A stretch of 64,000 nt of DNA. Source: Escherichia coli (GTDB taxonomy: Bacteria; Pseudomonadota; Gammaproteobacteria; Enterobacterales; Enterobacteriaceae). Below the pieces are notes generated by a model, which was not told where the DNA came from, made no database searches, and worked only from the letters and a program-made list of their open reading frames with translations. Within the stretch, counting starts at the first letter, position 1, and each line of letters begins with the position of its first letter. The stretch lies in the NCBI RefSeq assembly GCF_041248615.1, contig NZ_CP158426.1; one strand, 5' to 3'. Both the position numbers and the translations under genes were made by a program. Positions 56,572 through 64,000 of the stretch are shown here, piece after piece.

Positions 56572-57558
56572 TTAATACATAGGTGTTAATTGCAAAGGGG
56601 GTTCTTGTAGAACTTTTGCCTGTTCTATAAAAGTCGCCGTCTGTCGCAGCCAGTAATCTTCCCCGGTTAACCACGGGAAATTTTTCGGGAACGCGGGATC
56701 AGCCCAACGCCGCATTAGCCAGGCAAGATAATAAACCAAACGCATGGCGCGTAAAGGTTCAATCAGTCCGATTTCAGCGGTGTCGAACTCGCTAAATTCT
56801 TCATAAGCTTCAATAATAGTTTCCAGTTGCATCCGCTGCTCGGCTTTATCGCCATTGAGCAACATCCACAAATCCTGAATAGCCGGACCATTACGTGCAT
56901 CATCCAGATCAACAAACATTGGACCATCGCGCCAGAGAATATTCCCAGCGTGGCAGTCTCCATGTAGCCGCAGAACGGTGAAATCTTCCCGCCAGTGTGC
57001 TGTAACGGCGGCGATCAGCTCATCTGTCGCTTTCAGAAATGCCGCTTTCAACCCGGAAGGTATCAGTGTAGCGTCCTCAAACAGCTTGCGAGGCTCAATG
57101 AGATATTCATTCAGACCGATGGTCGGGCGATGGATAAAAAGCTGTTTGCACCCCGTCTGGTGCATACGCCCTAAATAACGCCCAACCGCTTCCATCTGAT
57201 CGATATTATCAGCTTCGAACTGGCGACCACCGACGCTTGGAAAAACAGCGAAATAAAATCCCTGATGATTCAATAAAGTCTGACCGTTAAAGGCCACAGG
57301 TGCTGCGACCGGAACTTCATCATTTACCAACTGCAACGCAAATTGATGTTCTTCGAGGATTTGATCGGGTGTCCAACGTTCAGGACGATAAAATTTGACG
57401 ACAAAACGTCGACGATCTTCGTCCTGAAATTGATAGACACGGTTTTCATAGCTGTTAAGCGGGGTAAGACCGGAATCCACCCGGATCCCTTGCTCAAACA
57501 GAGCATCCATGATGGTATCCGGGTGTAGTGTCTGGAAAGTAAAAGCGCTGTTGTTCAT
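56572..57558 (-). CDS. srkA: Stress-response Ser/Thr kinase SrkA (YihE)
   Basis: 328 aa MNNSAFTFQTLHPDTIMDALFEQGIRVDSGLTPLNSYENRVYQF...; kinase-like catalytic region HGDCHAGNILW. Confidence 0.9.
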   Translation of the reverse strand: MNNSAFTFQTLHPDTIMDALFEQGIRVDSGLTPLNSYENRVYQFQDEDRRRFVVKFYRPERWTPDQILEEHQFALQLVNDEVPVAAPVAFNGQTLLNHQGFYFAVFPSVGGRQFEADNIDQMEAVGRYLGRMHQTGCKQLFIHRPTIGLNEYLIEPRKLFEDATLIPSGLKAAFLKATDELIAAVTAHWREDFTVLRLHGDCHAGNILWRDGPMFVDLDDARNGPAIQDLWMLLNGDKAEQRMQLETIIEAYEEFSEFDTAEIGLIEPLRAMRLVYYLAWLMRRWADPAFPKNFPWLTGEDYWLRQTATFIEQAKVLQEPPLQLTPMY

Positions 57559-57634
57559 CCCATCATCCGGAAAACATTACGAATGATGAAGGATATCATT
57601 TCACGATGATTTTGGTGGCGCCGCTTACAAGCTT

Positions 57635-57904
57635 TTACTCTTTAATTACGCCGCGAGCGCGTAACAGCGCCGTTTTGAAATCTTCTTCATAATCTTTTTG
57701 CAAACCCGGGATCACCGCATCTTTCGCGGAATCACGCATTTTCAGGTGATAGATCAGAATGTCATCCGTCAAATCCGCCAGTTCGCCGTCAAAACCTGAC
57801 TCTTTCGCCAGTTTCTGCAAAAATTGCAGCAGGTTAAGGTCTGGCTCTTTTTGCCAGGCTGGCTGGAGGAGTTCAATAACTTCATTCAGACGTTTACATT
57901 TCAT
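57635..57904 (-). CDS. yihD: Small protein YihD (DUF1040)
   Basis: 89 aa from [32 protein letters not shown]...; start trimmed. Confidence 0.85.
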
Positions 57905-57973
57905 AGTAATGCTCCTTACTCTTGAGACAGACACGTTAGCAGGGTCAATCCCACAATAAAAGAGGCGATATCG

Positions 57974-58558
57974 GTGAATCTGATGACGACGATAACAGGC
58001 GTTGTGCTGGCGGGCGGTAAAGCCAGACGAATGGGCGGCGTAGATAAAGGATTGCTTGAATTAAACGGCAAACCATTATGGCAACATGTCGCTGACGCGC
58101 TTATGACGCAGCTTTCTCACGTCGTGGTTAATGCTAATCGTCATCAGGAAATCTATCAGGCAAGCGGTCTGAAAGTGATTGAAGATTCACTGGCGGATTA
58201 CCCAGGCCCTCTGGCAGGAATGCTTTCAGTAATGCAGCAGGAAGCTGGTGAGTGGTTTTTGTTTTGTCCGTGCGATACGCCTTACATTCCCCCTGATTTA
58301 GCCGCCCGGCTTAATCATCAGCGCAAAGATGCGCCTGTCGTGTGGGTCCATGACGGTGAACGCGATCACCCGACTATTGCTCTGGTAAACCGCGCTATTG
58401 AGCCTTTATTACTAGAATATCTGCAAGCAGGAGAACGCCGGGTAATGGCATTTATGCGTCTGGCTGGCGGGCATGCGGTTGATTTCAGCGATAATAAAGA
58501 TGCATTTATTAACGTGAATACGCCAGAGGAGCTTGCCCGATGGCAGGAAAAACGATGA
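57974..58558 (+). CDS. mobA: Molybdenum cofactor guanylyltransferase
   Basis: 194 aa, GTG start, [22 protein letters not shown] (nucleotide-binding loop). Confidence 0.93.
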
Positions 58559-59067
58559 TACCGTTACTCGCCTTTGCCGCGTGGAGTGGCACTGGAAAAA
58601 CTACGCTGCTGAAAAAACTGATCCCGGCATTATGCGCCAGAGGGATCCGTCCAGGGCTGATTAAGCATACGCACCATGATATGGATGTTGATAAACCGGG
58701 CAAAGATAGCTATGAGCTGCGCAAGGCTGGCGCGGCACAAACCATCGTTGCCAGCCAGCAGCGATGGGCCTTGATGACGGAAACACCAGACGAAGAAGAG
58801 CTGGATCTACATTTTCTCGCAAGTCGAATGGATACCTCAAAGCTGGATTTGATTCTGGTCGAAGGGTTTAAGCATGAAGAGATCGCAAAGATTGTGCTGT
58901 TTCGCGATGGAGCCGGACATCGACCTGAAGAATTAGTGATAGACAGGCATGTTATTGCTGTAGCCAGTGATGTGCCGCTTAATCTTGATGTCGCATTACT
59001 GGATATTAATGATGTTGAGGGGCTGGCTGATTTTGTGGTGGAGTGGATGCAAAAGCAGAACGGATAA
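58540..59067 (+). CDS. mobB: Molybdopterin-guanine dinucleotide biosynthesis adapter MobB
   Basis: 175 aa with P-loop GTGKTT; overlaps the mobA 3' end. Confidence 0.9.
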   Translation: MAGKTMIPLLAFAAWSGTGKTTLLKKLIPALCARGIRPGLIKHTHHDMDVDKPGKDSYELRKAGAAQTIVASQQRWALMTETPDEEELDLHFLASRMDTSKLDLILVEGFKHEEIAKIVLFRDGAGHRPEELVIDRHVIAVASDVPLNLDVALLDINDVEGLADFVVEWMQKQNG

Positions 59068-59137
59068 GCAAGAGTAGGCTGGATAAGACGCGCCATGAAC
59101 TGCACCCCAAATGTTGGACATAATCTGACATCTGAAG

Positions 59138-59644
59138 GTGCAGTTTATGAAACATTCATTTGAAGTAAAACTTGCCGCTGTAAATCATTACCTGGCTGGT
59201 CAGGCAGGCATCATTTCTACGGCAAAACTCTTTCAACTTTCTCACACCAGCCTCTCACACTGGATTAATCTTTTTCTTCTTCACGGTCCTCGGGCACTGG
59301 ATTGCAGACACAAGCGTAGCTATTCTCCTGAAGATAAACTTTGCGTGGTTCTTTATGCTCTCGGGCATTCTGAGTCTCTACCCCGGGTAGCTGCCCGGTT
59401 TAACATTCCCAGCCACAACACGGTTAAAAACTGGATAAAAGGCTACCGCAAATCTGGTAATGAGGCCTTTATCAGGCGCAGGAAGGAGAAAAGCATGACC
59501 CGTTCTGATGATACCCATGAAAACGAGGCAAACATGACGCCGGAAGAGATGAAGAATGAGCTGCGTTATCTTCGCGCAGAAAATGCATATCTGAAAGCCA
59601 TGCAGGAGCATCTCCTGGAAAAAAAGCGCCAGGAGCTGGAGAAA

Positions 59645-59668
<24 letters not shown>
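59138..59668 (+). CDS. IS3-family transposase OrfA (HTH DNA-binding subunit)
   Basis: 176 aa ...MKHSFEVKLAAVNHYLAGQAGIISTAKLFQLSHTSLSHWINLF... with C-terminal leucine-zipper-like region; ends just after the A6 slippery run. Confidence 0.85.
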
Positions 59669-60527
<859 letters not shown>

Positions 60528-60559
60528 GCCAGCGTCGCATCCGGCATTTTTTTCACCAA

Positions 60560-60595
60560 CGCAAAAAGGCCATCCGTCAGGATGGCCTTCTGCTT
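60560..60595 (-). terminator. rrn operon terminator downstream of 5S rRNA
   Basis: Minus-strand hairpin aggccatcctgacggatggcct followed by T-run (plus strand gcaaaaaggccatccgtcaggatggccttctgctt). Confidence 0.8.
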
Positions 60596-60601
60596 AATTT
60601 G

Positions 60602-60721
60602 ATGCCTGGCAGTTCCCTACTCTCGCATGGGGAGACCCCACACTACCATCGGCGCTACGGCGTTTCACTTCTGAGTTCGGCATGGGGTCAGGTGGGACCA
60701 CCGCGCTAAGGCCGCCAGGCA
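60602..60721 (-). rRNA. rrf: 5S ribosomal RNA
   Basis: Reverse complement reads TGCCTGGCGGCCTTAGCGCGGTGGTCCCACCTGACCCCATGCCGAACTCAGAAGTGAAACGCCGTAGCGCCGATGGTAGTGTGGGGTCTCCCCATGCGAGAGTAGGGAACTGCCAGGCAT (120 nt). Confidence 0.97.
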
Positions 60722-60814
60722 AATTCTGTTTTATCAGACCGCTTCTGCGTTCTGATTTAATCTGTATCAGGCTGAAAATCTTTCTCTCATCCGCCAAAAC
60801 ATCTTCGGCGTTGT

Positions 60815-63719
<2,905 letters not shown>

Positions 63720-63902
63720 TCACAACCCGAAGATGTTTCTTTCGATTCATCATCGTGTTGCGAAAATTTGAGAGACTCACGAACAACTTTCATTGTTCAG
63801 TGTTTCAATTTTCAGCTTGATCCAGATTTTTAAAGAGCAAAACTTCGCAGTGAACCTTTGCAGGTACACTCTGAAGTATTTTTTATTTAATCACTACAGA
63901 GA

Positions 63903-63978
63903 TGGTGGAGCTATGCGGGATCGAACCGCAGACCTCCTGCGTGCAAAGCAGGCGCTCTCCCAGCTGAGCTATAGCCCC
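63903..63978 (-). tRNA. alaT: tRNA-Ala (anticodon UGC), in the 16S-23S spacer
   Basis: Reverse complement GGGGCTATAGCTCAGCTGGGAGAGCGCCTGCTTTGCACGCAGGAGGTCTGCGGTTCGATCCCGCATAGCTCCACCA; G3:U70 wobble pair in the acceptor stem and TGC anticodon. The specific rrn operon (rrnA by synteny with mobB) is inferred. Confidence 0.93.
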
Positions 63979-64000
63979 ATAACATGTAGTTAAAACCTCT

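Overview
This window reads as an Escherichia coli-type chromosomal segment, about 90% conserved core genes in the order expected from E. coli K-12 (gene order and K-12 comparisons below are recalled from memory, not searched). In order: rhaT (3' part), rhaR, rhaS, rhaBAD, rhaM; an OprB-like porin plus a short yiiG-like ORF where K-12 carries frvABXR; fdhD, fdoGHI (selenocysteine TGA in fdoG), fdhE; the ribbon-helix-helix paralogs yiiF and yiiE; a roughly 5 kb AT-rich accessory island; yiiD, dtd, yihY, yihX; the sulfoquinovose cluster csqR(yihW)-yihV / yihU-yihT-yihS-yihR-yihQ-yihP-yihO with ompL; yihN-yihM-yihL; typA; glnA-glnL-glnG; yshB; hemN; yihI; CsrC sRNA; engB; Spot 42 sRNA; polA; yihG; yihF; dsbA; srkA(yihE); yihD; mobA-mobB; an intact IS3-family (IS150-group) insertion sequence; and the 3' end of an rrn operon (5S, 23S, tRNA-Ala, all minus strand). 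The most interesting part is the island between yiiE and yiiD (about 16.6-21.7 kb). It carries two small basic/Cys-rich ORFs, a HigB-2/HigA-2-like toxin-antitoxin pair, an alpha/beta-hydrolase esterase, and a 604-aa protein with a C-terminal CKSAKDRT CX5R P-loop resembling SopB/IpgD/INPP4-type phosphoinositide phosphatases. About 110 bp direct repeats with a ribosome-binding-site-sequestering hairpin bracket the toxin-antitoxin/esterase module. I could not run any searches, so family assignments rest on recognised motifs and remembered sequences. Many ORF-track starts are upstream of the likely true start and were trimmed; antisense ORFs inside well-supported genes were rejected.
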